A stretch of DNA of 64,000 nucleotides from Ruminococcus sp. (GCA_051880975.1 JBJEOZ010000239.1:33-64032), one strand, 5' to 3'; shown: positions 51,634 through 61,265, counted from the first letter of the stretch. Made by a program: numbers and translations. Notes: generated by a model not told the origin, from the letters alone.

Positions 51634-52746
51634 TTAAAATTTTCTGGAGGAGTTTCCTCTGTCATTATATGAATTATTCTTTGATGACTTTCTTCTGCCT
51701 TTATTTTTACCGGATTTTTGGGGATTTCGTCTTTCCTTTTCTCCAAGGAATTCACGGTAATTTGTATGCTCCTTTCCGTATTCCTCTGTGTTGTCGTAAA
51801 TCTCCTTTGTGGAGTATTCTTCGGCGTTTCTGTGAGCCTCTCTAATGAGTTCCCTCTCGATTTTATCTATGTTTTCTGAGGACTCAAGTCCGTCAACTCC
51901 GTCAAAGAAAGCGTCAGGCCTGTCTGCACCTGTTGCGGTGTTGCGGTTTCGTCTTGTTTCCTGCTGTGCACGGCGTTCTTCTCTGTCGCCAACATACAGC
52001 TCGCTGTCCATTGCTCTAAGCATATTCTCTCGTCTTTTCTTTTTAATGAGCATAAATATGATTAATGCAACAATCACAACCACAAGCACAATTACAACAA
52101 CCCAAATAAAGGTCATTACTGTACTGTTCAGCTTACCGTCACCCTCAAGCTCAAATACGGCGCTGTCAAGGATTGAGTTCATCAGTTCTTTGTCAGCCCC
52201 ATCAATCTCACCGTCCTGGGACTGCAATGTAAAGTGAACATACATTCCGTTAACCAGTGTATCTGCTTGGGTTACATAAATGATTTCGTCGTCCTTTGGA
52301 GTGTTTATTATGGAGTCAAAGTAAATTATGTCGTTGTACTTGTCCATTGAACAGCTTTTGCAGTTTTCTTCCTTAATATAATTTTCTTTAATTTCATTAA
52401 GCTGTTCTTCGCTGAGAGTATTGTAATTCTTCACTTCCTTACTGTTTTCGTCCTGATTCATTGTAAGGGTAAAGACTTGATTGTTGTCCTGTGAAAATGC
52501 TTGAAGATAAATGTTGTAGTCAACAAGGCTTTCAATATTTGTTTGGTGCTTTTTATACACCTCATCATTGGTGGAAACATTCCTTGTAACCACATCCATT
52601 GATGAGGGTAGCTTTAGCGTCAATTTCAGTTCATCTATGGTGTACTGTGTTTGCTCCTCTGCCGATACAGATAAAACTCCTGTACCCAGCACAATTATCA
52701 AAACCAAAATCAGTGACGAAATTTTTTTCACAATGTTATTTTTCAT
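51634..52746 (-). CDS. hypothetical single-pass membrane protein
   Basis: signal peptide (MKNNIVKK, GGAGG RBS), acidic ectodomain, TM helix followed by KKKRR, charged cytoplasmic tail. Confidence 0.8.
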   Translation of the reverse strand: MKNNIVKKISSLILVLIIVLGTGVLSVSAEEQTQYTIDELKLTLKLPSSMDVVTRNVSTNDEVYKKHQTNIESLVDYNIYLQAFSQDNNQVFTLTMNQDENSKEVKNYNTLSEEQLNEIKENYIKEENCKSCSMDKYNDIIYFDSIINTPKDDEIIYVTQADTLVNGMYVHFTLQSQDGEIDGADKELMNSILDSAVFELEGDGKLNSTVMTFIWVVVIVLVVVIVALIIFMLIKKKRRENMLRAMDSELYVGDREERRAQQETRRNRNTATGADRPDAFFDGVDGLESSENIDKIERELIREAHRNAEEYSTKEIYDNTEEYGKEHTNYREFLGEKERRNPQKSGKNKGRRKSSKNNSYNDRGNSSRKF

Positions 52747-53024
52747 CAAAAATCCTCCACGAAAAATAAATATGTCTTTACATATAGCAATATCCAAAAT
52801 AATTATATCTTTTTTTTGCCAAAAACACAAGGCAAGAAAGGAATAAAAATATATTTGTCAGTACGCACAACTTACCTACCGTATATTTGACAATATTATA
52901 CAATAAAACTTAAAAACTTTTTGAACTAAATTTTAAGTTTATGTCTATTTTTTTAAATTGGTATTTCTATAGTCCATTGTATTATCAGCTTTGTAATGAT
53001 ATAATTGTGGAAAAGGAGTTTGGA

Positions 53025-53741
53025 ATGAAGGAATTAACAGACAAAATCAGTCAAGGGGTTATTTCGGGCAACGCACTAAAGCTGTTTGCTCTTTTATGTA
53101 TGACTGTTGACCACATTGGCTCACATATCCTGGACGACTACACCCTACTTAGGATTATCGGCAGACTTGCCTTCCCCATTTTCGCATATATGATTGCCGA
53201 AGGGTGCAAATACACAAAAAACAGGCTAAAATATTTCCTCACCATATTCATTGAGGGTGTTATTTTGCAGATTTTTATTTTTCTGCTGTCCGACTCAACC
53301 CATATGAATGTGCTGATTACATTTAGCCTTTCAATAGGAATTATCTATGCTTTTGACTACTCACTACGCAGTCAAAATAACTATAATTGGGTAATTCCCC
53401 TAATGGGAATAATATTTGTTTTAATTATCTGCGGAGAACTGCCGGGAGAATTTATTAAATGGGATTTCCACATCGACTACGGATTTTTTGGTGTTATGCT
53501 ACCGGTTATGGTGTACATATTCGAAAACAAATTGCTAAAGCTTTTGATGTTCACCTTAGGTCTTGTTTTCCTAAGTATTTCGCTTGCACCCATACAGTGG
53601 TGGTGTCTGCTTTCCATTATTCCCATTGCTTTATACAGCGGAAAAAGAGGAAAACTGAAAATCAAATACCTTTTCCACATATACTACCCTTTGCATATTG
53701 TAATAATTCTGGCTATAAAGGAATTATTAGGGGTACTGTAA
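53025..53741 (+). CDS. TraX-family membrane protein (putative acyltransferase)
   Basis: LK..A..CMTVDH, IGRLAFPIFA..IAEG, Y.G.RG, FHIYYPLH; AAGGAG RBS. Confidence 0.85.
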   Translation: MKELTDKISQGVISGNALKLFALLCMTVDHIGSHILDDYTLLRIIGRLAFPIFAYMIAEGCKYTKNRLKYFLTIFIEGVILQIFIFLLSDSTHMNVLITFSLSIGIIYAFDYSLRSQNNYNWVIPLMGIIFVLIICGELPGEFIKWDFHIDYGFFGVMLPVMVYIFENKLLKLLMFTLGLVFLSISLAPIQWWCLLSIIPIALYSGKRGKLKIKYLFHIYYPLHIVIILAIKELLGVL

Positions 53742-53766
53742 AAATAAATATTAAGAGAGGTTTACT

Positions 53767-53937
53767 ATGGGACCATATTACTATGTTGTTGAGAAAATCA
53801 GCGGTGACTACGCTTTTTTAAAAAGAACAGACATTGATGAAAATGACCTTATGCAGGTTGCAATGGCACTTTTACCACCGGATATAGAGGAAGGCACATC
53901 GCTAAAGTGGGAAAACCTTGTTTACACCATAGAATAG
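53767..53937 (+). CDS. 56-aa small protein, DUF3006-like (not in the ORF track)
   Basis: AGAGG RBS; MGPYYYVVEKISGDYAFLKRTD...ALLPPDIEEGTSLKWENLVYTIE. Confidence 0.7.
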   Translation: MGPYYYVVEKISGDYAFLKRTDIDENDLMQVAMALLPPDIEEGTSLKWENLVYTIE

Positions 53938-54010
53938 CAACTTGTATTTTGCAGTGAGTTACTGTATAATTAGCCTATGAATAATATTCATTGTAAAGTG
54001 TGAGGTTTCT

Positions 54011-55348
54011 ATGACGCTAAGAGGAAAATTTGCAATAAAGCTTTCCAAATTTGTTGCCAAGCTATGCCTTAAAATGGGCAGACAGGGCGTGACATGGGCA
54101 GGCTTAATCGCAAGAAAAATCGAACCAAATATACTTAAAATTTTGTCCGACCAAATCAAAGAAAAGGTGTATATTGTGTGCGGTACAAACGGAAAAACCA
54201 CCACAAACAATATGCTTTGCACCACACTTCAGTCACAGGGCAAAAAGGTGATTTGCAACAGGACAGGCTCCAATATGCTAAACGGAGTTGTTTCTGCATT
54301 TGTACTTGCCACCGGTGACGACTGCACCCTTGATGCCGACTATGCCTGTATTGAGATTGACGAGGTTTCTACAAAGAGAGTTTTGCCAACGCTAAAGCCT
54401 GACTATATGGTGCTTACCAACATATTCCGTGACCAGCTTGACCGCTACGGAGAGATTGACATAACCCTAAAAATCCTTGATGATGCTATCAAAATGGCAC
54501 CTGATATGACCTTGGTAATCAACGGTGACGACCCTCTTTCCCACTCACTAGCTATTAAAAGCGGAAACAAGTTTATCACCTACGGCATAAGCGAAAAGGT
54601 GTTTGACGCTGACGAAAACGCTGAAATAAGAGAGGGCAGATTCTGTGCTATGTGCGGTGCAAAAATGCACTACAACTACTATCATTACAGTCAGCTTGGT
54701 GACTATGTTTGCCCTGAATGTGGCTTTAAAAGACCTGAGATTGACTACCCTGCTACACACATTCACCACGGCGACCACCTTGAATTTACTGTTGAGGGCA
54801 ACCACATAAATGCAAGGTACAAGGGCTTTTACAACATATACAACATTCTTGCTGTGTATGCCGTTGCAAGCCACTCCGGTGTTGATATGAAGGGTTTTCA
54901 GTCAATGCTTGACCACTTTAACCCGGAAAACGGAAGAATTGAACACTTTAAAATTAAGGGAACCGATGTTGAACTTAACCTTGCGAAGAACCCTGCCGGA
55001 TTTAATCAAAATATCAACGCTGTTATGGCTGACCCAAAGGACAAGGATGTAATTATCCTTATTAACGACCGTGACCAAGACGGAAATGATGTTTCTTGGC
55101 TTTGGGATGTGGATTTTGACCGATTTATGGACAAGAGCATAAAGTCAATTACCGTCAGCGGAATAAGGTGTCAGGATATGAGGTTAAGGCTAAAGTATGT
55201 TGACATTCCCTCCCACCTTGAGGGGAATATTGAAACAGCTATAAGGAATAAAATTGCCGACGGTGTTGGCAACCTGTATGTTCTTGTTAACTACACAGGA
55301 CTTTACAGCACACGAAACATTCTCAAAAGAATGGAGGGGGAAAAATAA
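54011..55348 (+). CDS. murT: lipid II isoglutaminyl synthase subunit (Mur ligase + DUF1727)
   Basis: GTNGKTTT, RDQLDRYGE, two CxxC Zn-finger pairs, LAKNPAG, DVSWLWDVDF. Confidence 0.92.
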   Translation: MTLRGKFAIKLSKFVAKLCLKMGRQGVTWAGLIARKIEPNILKILSDQIKEKVYIVCGTNGKTTTNNMLCTTLQSQGKKVICNRTGSNMLNGVVSAFVLATGDDCTLDADYACIEIDEVSTKRVLPTLKPDYMVLTNIFRDQLDRYGEIDITLKILDDAIKMAPDMTLVINGDDPLSHSLAIKSGNKFITYGISEKVFDADENAEIREGRFCAMCGAKMHYNYYHYSQLGDYVCPECGFKRPEIDYPATHIHHGDHLEFTVEGNHINARYKGFYNIYNILAVYAVASHSGVDMKGFQSMLDHFNPENGRIEHFKIKGTDVELNLAKNPAGFNQNINAVMADPKDKDVIILINDRDQDGNDVSWLWDVDFDRFMDKSIKSITVSGIRCQDMRLRLKYVDIPSHLEGNIETAIRNKIADGVGNLYVLVNYTGLYSTRNILKRMEGEK

Positions 55349-56109
55349 TGAAGATAACCATTGGGCATCTTTTTCCCGATTTGCTTAACCTGTACGGTGA
55401 CAGGGGGAATATTCAATGCCTTGCCAAGCGTCTTAGGTGGCGAGGAATTGAGGCAGAGGTAAAAACCTTTAGCATTGATGACGAAATCGACTTTTCCGCC
55501 CTGGACATCGTTCTCCTTGGCGGAGGCTCCGACAGGGAGCAGATGCTTGTTTGCAACAGGCTAAAGGAAATCAAGGCTGAATTCAAGGCTTATGTTGAGG
55601 ATATGGGAGTTGTAATAGCCATATGCGGAGGCTATCAGCTTTTGGGTAAATATTACGAAACCGATGAGGGAAGAATTGACGGACTTGACATAGTGGATAT
55701 GTACACAGTTCAGGAAAAGGGCAGACTAATCAACAATATTTTCATCAAGAGCGACCTGTTTGAAATGCCTATTGTGGGATTTGAAAACCACGGTGGAAGA
55801 ACATATATAAATGACAACAAGCCTTTGGGCAAGGTGGTTTTCGGCAAGGGCAACAACGGAAAAAGCGGATATGAGGGTGTTGTGTACAAAAATGTAATCG
55901 GCACCTACCTACACGGCCCTCTTCTTCCGAAAAACCCACAGCTGTGCGACTACCTCCTTACAAAAGCACTTGAAAGAAAGTACGGTACAGACAAGGCTGT
56001 GCTCACTCCTCTTGACGATACCCAGGAAAAAGAGGCTAACAAATACATTGTTGACCGATACTCGGACAAAATAGAAAATTTCAAGGAAAGAATAAGAAAG
56101 CTGATATAA
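55348..56109 (+). CDS. gatD: lipid II isoglutaminyl synthase glutaminase subunit
   Basis: NLYGDRGN, GGGSD, ICGGYQ, GFENH, TYLHGP. Confidence 0.92.
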   Translation: MKITIGHLFPDLLNLYGDRGNIQCLAKRLRWRGIEAEVKTFSIDDEIDFSALDIVLLGGGSDREQMLVCNRLKEIKAEFKAYVEDMGVVIAICGGYQLLGKYYETDEGRIDGLDIVDMYTVQEKGRLINNIFIKSDLFEMPIVGFENHGGRTYINDNKPLGKVVFGKGNNGKSGYEGVVYKNVIGTYLHGPLLPKNPQLCDYLLTKALERKYGTDKAVLTPLDDTQEKEANKYIVDRYSDKIENFKERIRKLI

Positions 56110-56110
56110 T

Positions 56111-56143
56111 AAAACGGGAGCTGTATTTTATAGCTCCCGTTTT
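56111..56143. terminator. bidirectional terminator after gatD
   Basis: AAAACGGGAGCT...AGCTCCCGTTTT. Confidence 0.85.
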
Positions 56144-56170
56144 ACTATTTGCCATTACGAATATCCTCTA

Positions 56171-56311
56171 TGTCATTCCGAGCTTGTCGAGGAATCCCCC
56201 TACCTTTACCACTTACTTTGTTAGAGAAATCATACTTTTTCTATAACCTGTTAGTGTCGGCTAATGCACCACTGCTTTCCTTTCAGATTCTTCACTGCGT
56301 TCAGAATGACA
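56171..56311. repeat. REPIN-like palindromic element, copy 2
   Basis: same left end and core as 41426-41572; right end GATTCTTCACTGCGTTCAGAATGACA. Confidence 0.85.
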
Positions 56312-56328
56312 AAAGTAGGCAACACTGT

Positions 56329-56532
56329 CTATTCAAGCACTTCTAAAATTGTTTGGCACATTACTCCCTCAGGGGTAAGGTTGTAGTTTTGGTCAAATCC
56401 CTTTTTGTCAAGGCTTTCCTTAACAGTAATTTTGATTTTTTGTATATCCTCATTGGTGAGGGAGTCAAAATCCACATCAATGCCCAAGGAAGAAATATAG
56501 TTTTTCTGCATTTTATCAAACATAGCTTTCAC
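56329..56532 (-). CDS. small hypothetical protein (67 aa)
   Basis: AGGAG RBS, own -10-like signal, plausible composition. Confidence 0.6.
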   Translation of the reverse strand: MKAMFDKMQKNYISSLGIDVDFDSLTNEDIQKIKITVKESLDKKGFDQNYNLTPEGVMCQTILEVLE

Positions 56533-56667
56533 ATTCTCCTAAATTGATATACTCCATAATACCATAATATCGTGAAAAAAGAAAGCAATTAAGAAAAAAA
56601 CAGACACCCCCGTGGTCGGAATGTCTGTTTTCTTTGTTGTACAACAAATTTTTATTTGACTACTAAA

Positions 56668-57291
56668 TTATTTAACCTTAATTGTAATAGTCTTTGTGCC
56701 TGCCTTGTAGTTGTTTGTACCGGCACACTTTACAACAATCTTGTAAGTACCCTTCTTTGCGCCCTTCTTAAGAGTAACCTTACCCTTTTTACCTACGCTG
56801 ATGTACTTCTTAAGCTTTGAAGGTACAGAAGCCTTACAAGTTCTTACGCCAACGCCTTTAATCTTAAGTGTAAAGGTTGTAGCCTTTTTCTTAAGAGAAG
56901 AAGCCTTATAGCTTGTCTTATAGTTCTTTACAGTAACCTTGTTGCCAGCCTTTGTAATCTTGTATGTCTTATCTACAGATGTACCTGCATAAGCACCAAT
57001 TCCTACGATAGAAACCTTGTAAGAACGAACATATTTGCCTGGTTTGTAAACAAGCTTGTAGTGAACGCCTTCTTTAAGAGTAACATAGCCATAGCTTGTC
57101 TTTACCTTAACAGTAACTTTGCCGTTAACCTTCTGTGTCTTAGCATTGTAAACAAAGCTTGGCATAGTTACAGAAGCTGTCTTAAAGTTTGCGCTAGGCT
57201 TTGATGGACTGCTTGCTGCAGAAGCAACAGAAACACAAGTCATCATCATAATTGCCGCTAACATTACTGCAAAAATTCTTTTCATTCTCAT
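56668..57291 (-). CDS. secreted Lys-rich protein with putative cell-wall-binding C-terminus
   Basis: signal peptide; GKVTLKKGAKKGTYKIVVK..G..NYK..TKTITIKVK tail; GAGGAGG RBS. Confidence 0.8.
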   Translation of the reverse strand: MRMKRIFAVMLAAIMMMTCVSVASAASSPSKPSANFKTASVTMPSFVYNAKTQKVNGKVTVKVKTSYGYVTLKEGVHYKLVYKPGKYVRSYKVSIVGIGAYAGTSVDKTYKITKAGNKVTVKNYKTSYKASSLKKKATTFTLKIKGVGVRTCKASVPSKLKKYISVGKKGKVTLKKGAKKGTYKIVVKCAGTNNYKAGTKTITIKVK

Positions 57292-57394
57292 TTATAATTC
57301 CTCCTCTAAAATTTTAAGTACAGAAATGCTGCCACGGAAAAGCAAAATCCGTATCTATAATTATCACAGACGCTAAAAATTTAGCACTGTGTAA

Positions 57395-58102
57395 TTACCC
57401 ATTATTTGTATTTTTATCATTATTTGATGAACCGTAGTATTTGCCATAATATTTAGTGTATGCTTTTGTGGTTGTTTCTGCACGGTTCAAAACTGTACCT
57501 AACAGCTTACATCCAACATAATCCAGCTGTTTCATTGACTGCCTTACCAAATCCTTTGATGTACGTCCACCACGGACAACAAGTAACGCACCGTCACACA
57601 TAGAAGCAATAAGGGAGCCGTCTGAAACTGAACACAGAGGCGGTGAGTCGATTAAAACATAACGATAGTCCTTTGAAAGCTTATCAAGAAGCTCAGAAAA
57701 GCGGGAATCCTCAAACAGAGATAATGGATTTTCCAAAGTATTTATACTTGGAATAATATATCCGTTTTCCACATTCGTTTCGTAAACAACATCCTCGTAT
57801 TCCGAAAGCCCTGAAAGGTAGTAGCTAAGGCCCTTAATATCCTTATCATCATTAAAGCTATGCCTGTCCTTCAAAACAGATTTTCTCAAATCCACATCCA
57901 GCAAAACTGTCTTAAATCCGGCCTCTGCCATCATCTTCCAAAGCTGAACAGCTATAACACTCTTTCCCTCATTTGGGACACTGCTTGTAATCAAAATTTT
58001 CTTTGTATTCTTACCGCAAAATTTTACATTAACACGGAGTCGGTTCATTGCTTCCTCTACCTCATAAGGTAGCGTAGGAATATTTAGCTGAATTTTCTTC
58101 AT
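57395..58102 (-). CDS. CpsD/CapB family tyrosine autokinase
   Basis: PNEGKS Walker A, DVDLRK, LIDSPP, C-terminal YTKYYGKYY cluster. Confidence 0.92.
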   Translation of the reverse strand: MKKIQLNIPTLPYEVEEAMNRLRVNVKFCGKNTKKILITSSVPNEGKSVIAVQLWKMMAEAGFKTVLLDVDLRKSVLKDRHSFNDDKDIKGLSYYLSGLSEYEDVVYETNVENGYIIPSINTLENPLSLFEDSRFSELLDKLSKDYRYVLIDSPPLCSVSDGSLIASMCDGALLVVRGGRTSKDLVRQSMKQLDYVGCKLLGTVLNRAETTTKAYTKYYGKYYGSSNNDKNTNNG

Positions 58103-58105
58103 AAA

Positions 58106-58930
58106 TTACGCCCTCCACCTTTTAAGAACAGTTTTTTTCTCAGGCTCAACTCCGTCAAATAATTGCTGATTTTCAGGAACAACAGTCAAAGGTTCAATTC
58201 CAAAATATCTTTCCATATCATCAGCAGTATGAATTGTATCGTCCATTAGATGCCTTGCAAGGATTACAGTACCGCTAAGTAAAAGTCCTAAAAGGGCACC
58301 AAGAAAAGTATATTTTCCATAGCTTGGAGCAACCTTAACCTTATGGTATCTTGCCCTTTCAGCCACATTCGGAGCATTTGTGCTCATTGTGTCAGGTAAG
58401 TATTTTATGGAAATATCCATAACCTCGTTAGCAATTCTCATAGAGTCCCTTGGATCTGTGGTTATTGCTGAAATGTTCAAAATTCTCGTATCATCAGGAT
58501 TGTCAATAGTAATACAAGACTTAAGCTCTGCTATGCTCCAATCCAAATCAAGGTTCACAAGCACCTTGCTAAGTACAGGGTAACTTAAAATAAGTTGTTC
58601 ATAATCGGATGTAAGGGAAGTACCAACATTAATGTCAGAAAAATCTACCACAGAATCCTTGGATGCAGAAACAATATACATCTTTGCTGTTGACTGATAT
58701 GTGGGCTTAATGAAAAAGTAGGAAAATGCGTTAAATATCACAGCTCCTATCAGCACACTAAGCACAATATAGTGTAGCTTGCGGAATAAAGCATAAAACA
58801 AATCCACCAAATCTATTGTCGATTCGCTGTTGTCCTGCTCCTGTAACAAAGGCTCAGAAAAAGAACTGTTTACCTTTTCTGCGTTTGTCAACCCGGTTTC
58901 AGCAGTATAATCATTTTTTTTCAAACTCAT
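58106..58930 (-). CDS. CpsC/Wzz-like chain-length regulator
   Basis: TIDL.DL, two TM helices, PTYQSTA, DDTIHT..D.E..FG..PL. Confidence 0.88.
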   Translation of the reverse strand: MSLKKNDYTAETGLTNAEKVNSSFSEPLLQEQDNSESTIDLVDLFYALFRKLHYIVLSVLIGAVIFNAFSYFFIKPTYQSTAKMYIVSASKDSVVDFSDINVGTSLTSDYEQLILSYPVLSKVLVNLDLDWSIAELKSCITIDNPDDTRILNISAITTDPRDSMRIANEVMDISIKYLPDTMSTNAPNVAERARYHKVKVAPSYGKYTFLGALLGLLLSGTVILARHLMDDTIHTADDMERYFGIEPLTVVPENQQLFDGVEPEKKTVLKRWRA

Positions 58931-58999
58931 ACCTATCTCCTTTTCAAACGCATATGCGTTTGGAACTAACTTATTTACCTTTTTACCTTATCTACAATC

Positions 59000-59176
59000 T
59001 AAGGAAACACTGATTAAATCATTTGCACATATTGTGCAGTCAGATTTTTCGTCAGTTTGTTCAAAAAACCGCAGGAATGCTGACGCATTGTGAGGATTTT
59101 TTGGGCAAACTGGCGGAAAATATGCAAACAAGATGTGTAAATAAATTTTAATTGTGATTTATTCAGTGTTTCCTTA
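59000..59176. mobile_element. hairpin MITE
   Basis: 22-bp terminal inverted repeats TAAGGAAACACTGAwTAAATCA (21/22 match), TA at both ends, palindromic interior, no coding capacity. Confidence 0.85.
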
Positions 59177-59200
59177 ATTTAAAAGACTGACACTTCACAG

Positions 59201-60220
59201 TCACTTTACCTCATCATAAAAAAGCTCTCTCACAGCCTTATCAAGGCTACTTTGGTCAAGCCTAAATTCAATAAACCCAAATTCTCCCATACTGTTTTTA
59301 CCTGTGAGAACAGGAGCATTAACCTCTTCATATTTTGTAAGGTTAAGTGCAATTCTGCTCATCATACGAGGAGTTAAATCTGTACTCATATATTTTTCAA
59401 GGGAATCATATGCTTGATTTATAAAGCTGCCATTTTCCTTAAATTTGCCCAATAATATATCTTTTAAATTGGACAAATACATTGTTTGCCTTTTCATACG
59501 GTTTACATTTGTACCGTCGGCAACATTTTGTCTGTCGTGTACATAGTGGTATGCCTGCTCATCGGAAAGCTTTACGGTTTCCCCTTTTTTAAGGCTTTTA
59601 TCAGATTTTGAAAAATCATCCTCAATAGTGACAGTTACTCCGCCTGCAAGGTTGTTTATTACAGGAATTGAATCCATATTCAGAGAAACATATCCGTCAA
59701 TAGGCTGATTGTAAAGCAGTTTTGATACCGTTTCAATGGTTATCTTGTTACCAAAATTAGCAACATCACCGTTTGTATGGGCAAGGGCAATTTGTGCATT
59801 CACTTCACCAAGGGATTGTCCCTTTTCGTTATAGGTGGTCATATCCACCATTGTATCCCTGTTTATAACCAGTTTTGAGTATGTTTTGTTTGTATTGTCA
59901 AGGACAAGTAACTGAATAACATCACACTGACCGGTGCCGTCAAACTTTTTTACCTTAGTAAGCTCGCCTCTTTGGTCAACACCCAAGAAAAGATATGTTT
60001 CAACATCCTCCTTAGGCACACACTTAACACCGCCGATTTCTACAATATCACGCTTGTCTATTGTGTCCATGGTAGAGATTGTTTCCTTTTCTTCATCAGG
60101 ACTTAGAAAACAGAACATTCCAACTCCCAGGGCAATTCCTATCAAGAATATAACACCGCAGACAGCAAGCTTCTTGTGAAAATCCTTTTTGCGGGATTCG
60201 TCATACTTCTTAATACTCAT
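59201..60220 (-). CDS. LytR-CpsA-Psr (LCP) family protein
   Basis: N-terminal TM helix, LFLGVD, NRDT, GGVTV, R..RQ. Confidence 0.88.
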   Translation of the reverse strand: MSIKKYDESRKKDFHKKLAVCGVIFLIGIALGVGMFCFLSPDEEKETISTMDTIDKRDIVEIGGVKCVPKEDVETYLFLGVDQRGELTKVKKFDGTGQCDVIQLLVLDNTNKTYSKLVINRDTMVDMTTYNEKGQSLGEVNAQIALAHTNGDVANFGNKITIETVSKLLYNQPIDGYVSLNMDSIPVINNLAGGVTVTIEDDFSKSDKSLKKGETVKLSDEQAYHYVHDRQNVADGTNVNRMKRQTMYLSNLKDILLGKFKENGSFINQAYDSLEKYMSTDLTPRMMSRIALNLTKYEEVNAPVLTGKNSMGEFGFIEFRLDQSSLDKAVRELFYDEVK

Positions 60221-60330
60221 ACAAAAATCATCCTAACAAACCGGAACCCATTTCAGGATAAAATTTTTCAAGGAATAATAATGCACAAAGCACAGCAAAA
60301 AGTCCTGCACTTATTATGTATGTAAGTTTT

Positions 60331-61044
60331 TTAGACATTTTTATTTCCTCCTAATATGTTTTCGCCAGTTTCGTCAATTTTTTGGAGAACGGTTTTGTCA
60401 CATTCATTACCTAAAACTGCTCTCGCTTTTGCCAAAATAGGCGGTCTGGTGTTCATATTGTGACAGTCACTTCCTAAAACAACTTTATCCTGCTGTTTTA
60501 TAATCTTAAGCAGTTTCCTTTTACCTTTGCGGTCAAGGAACTCTCCTGCATTTAGCTGAATTACAACAGGCAGAGAAAGAAGTTTTTTTATGAAAGGTTT
60601 GTTCCCCTTGATTTCAAGGTATCTGTCCAAATGGGCAATCATTACCGTTAGTTTTCTTGAATAAATCAAGTGCCTTACTTCGGCAAGAATTTCTTCATTC
60701 CACACTTGAAAAGGCATTTCCAAAAGCAAAACTTCTGTTTTATCTATGGTTAGGTCAGTTATCTCTTGAGCTTTTGAAATACCACTGAAATATGCAACCT
60801 CAGCACCTACAACAATGTTTAGGCTTTCATTAGGTAAAGATTTTTTCAAAGCTTCAAAGGCATTTTGCCTTTTTTGAAGAAATGTTTCTATCCTGTCCTT
60901 ATGTGCATAAAAGTGAGGTGTGGCAACTACGGTATCTATCCCTTGGTTAAGCATTGCATCTATCATAAGAAGGGAAGTTTCTACACTATCACTGCCGTCA
61001 TCAATGTTTGGAAGGATATGTGAGTGAAAATCTATTATTTTCAT
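60331..61044 (-). CDS. CpsB/CapC PHP-family tyrosine phosphatase
   Basis: DFHSHILPNIDDG, ATPH, GAEV, AHLDRY, GSDCHN..RPP. Confidence 0.92.
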   Translation of the reverse strand: MKIIDFHSHILPNIDDGSDSVETSLLMIDAMLNQGIDTVVATPHFYAHKDRIETFLQKRQNAFEALKKSLPNESLNIVVGAEVAYFSGISKAQEITDLTIDKTEVLLLEMPFQVWNEEILAEVRHLIYSRKLTVMIAHLDRYLEIKGNKPFIKKLLSLPVVIQLNAGEFLDRKGKRKLLKIIKQQDKVVLGSDCHNMNTRPPILAKARAVLGNECDKTVLQKIDETGENILGGNKNV

Positions 61045-61265
61045 ACAATCCTCCTCATACAACTATGACTACAACATATTATATCAAAAATAATATATGC
61101 AGACAACTAAAAAATTTGATAATTATTTGCCAAGTATAGGTATTATTTTTAACAAATTTATTCAAAAATAAAACATTTTAGACATTATCCCTTACTTAAT
61201 ATTTTACAGCAAAACTATTTACACACAAAACTATGAGATAATTTTTGCTATACTGCTATTTTACG

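Noticed and set aside
53025-53741. Conjugative element suggested by TraX
   Set aside because: No relaxase, coupling protein, VirB4 or integrase nearby.
56149-56346. 65-aa ORF across the REPIN-like element
   Set aside because: No RBS, and copy 1 differs by indels that break the frame.
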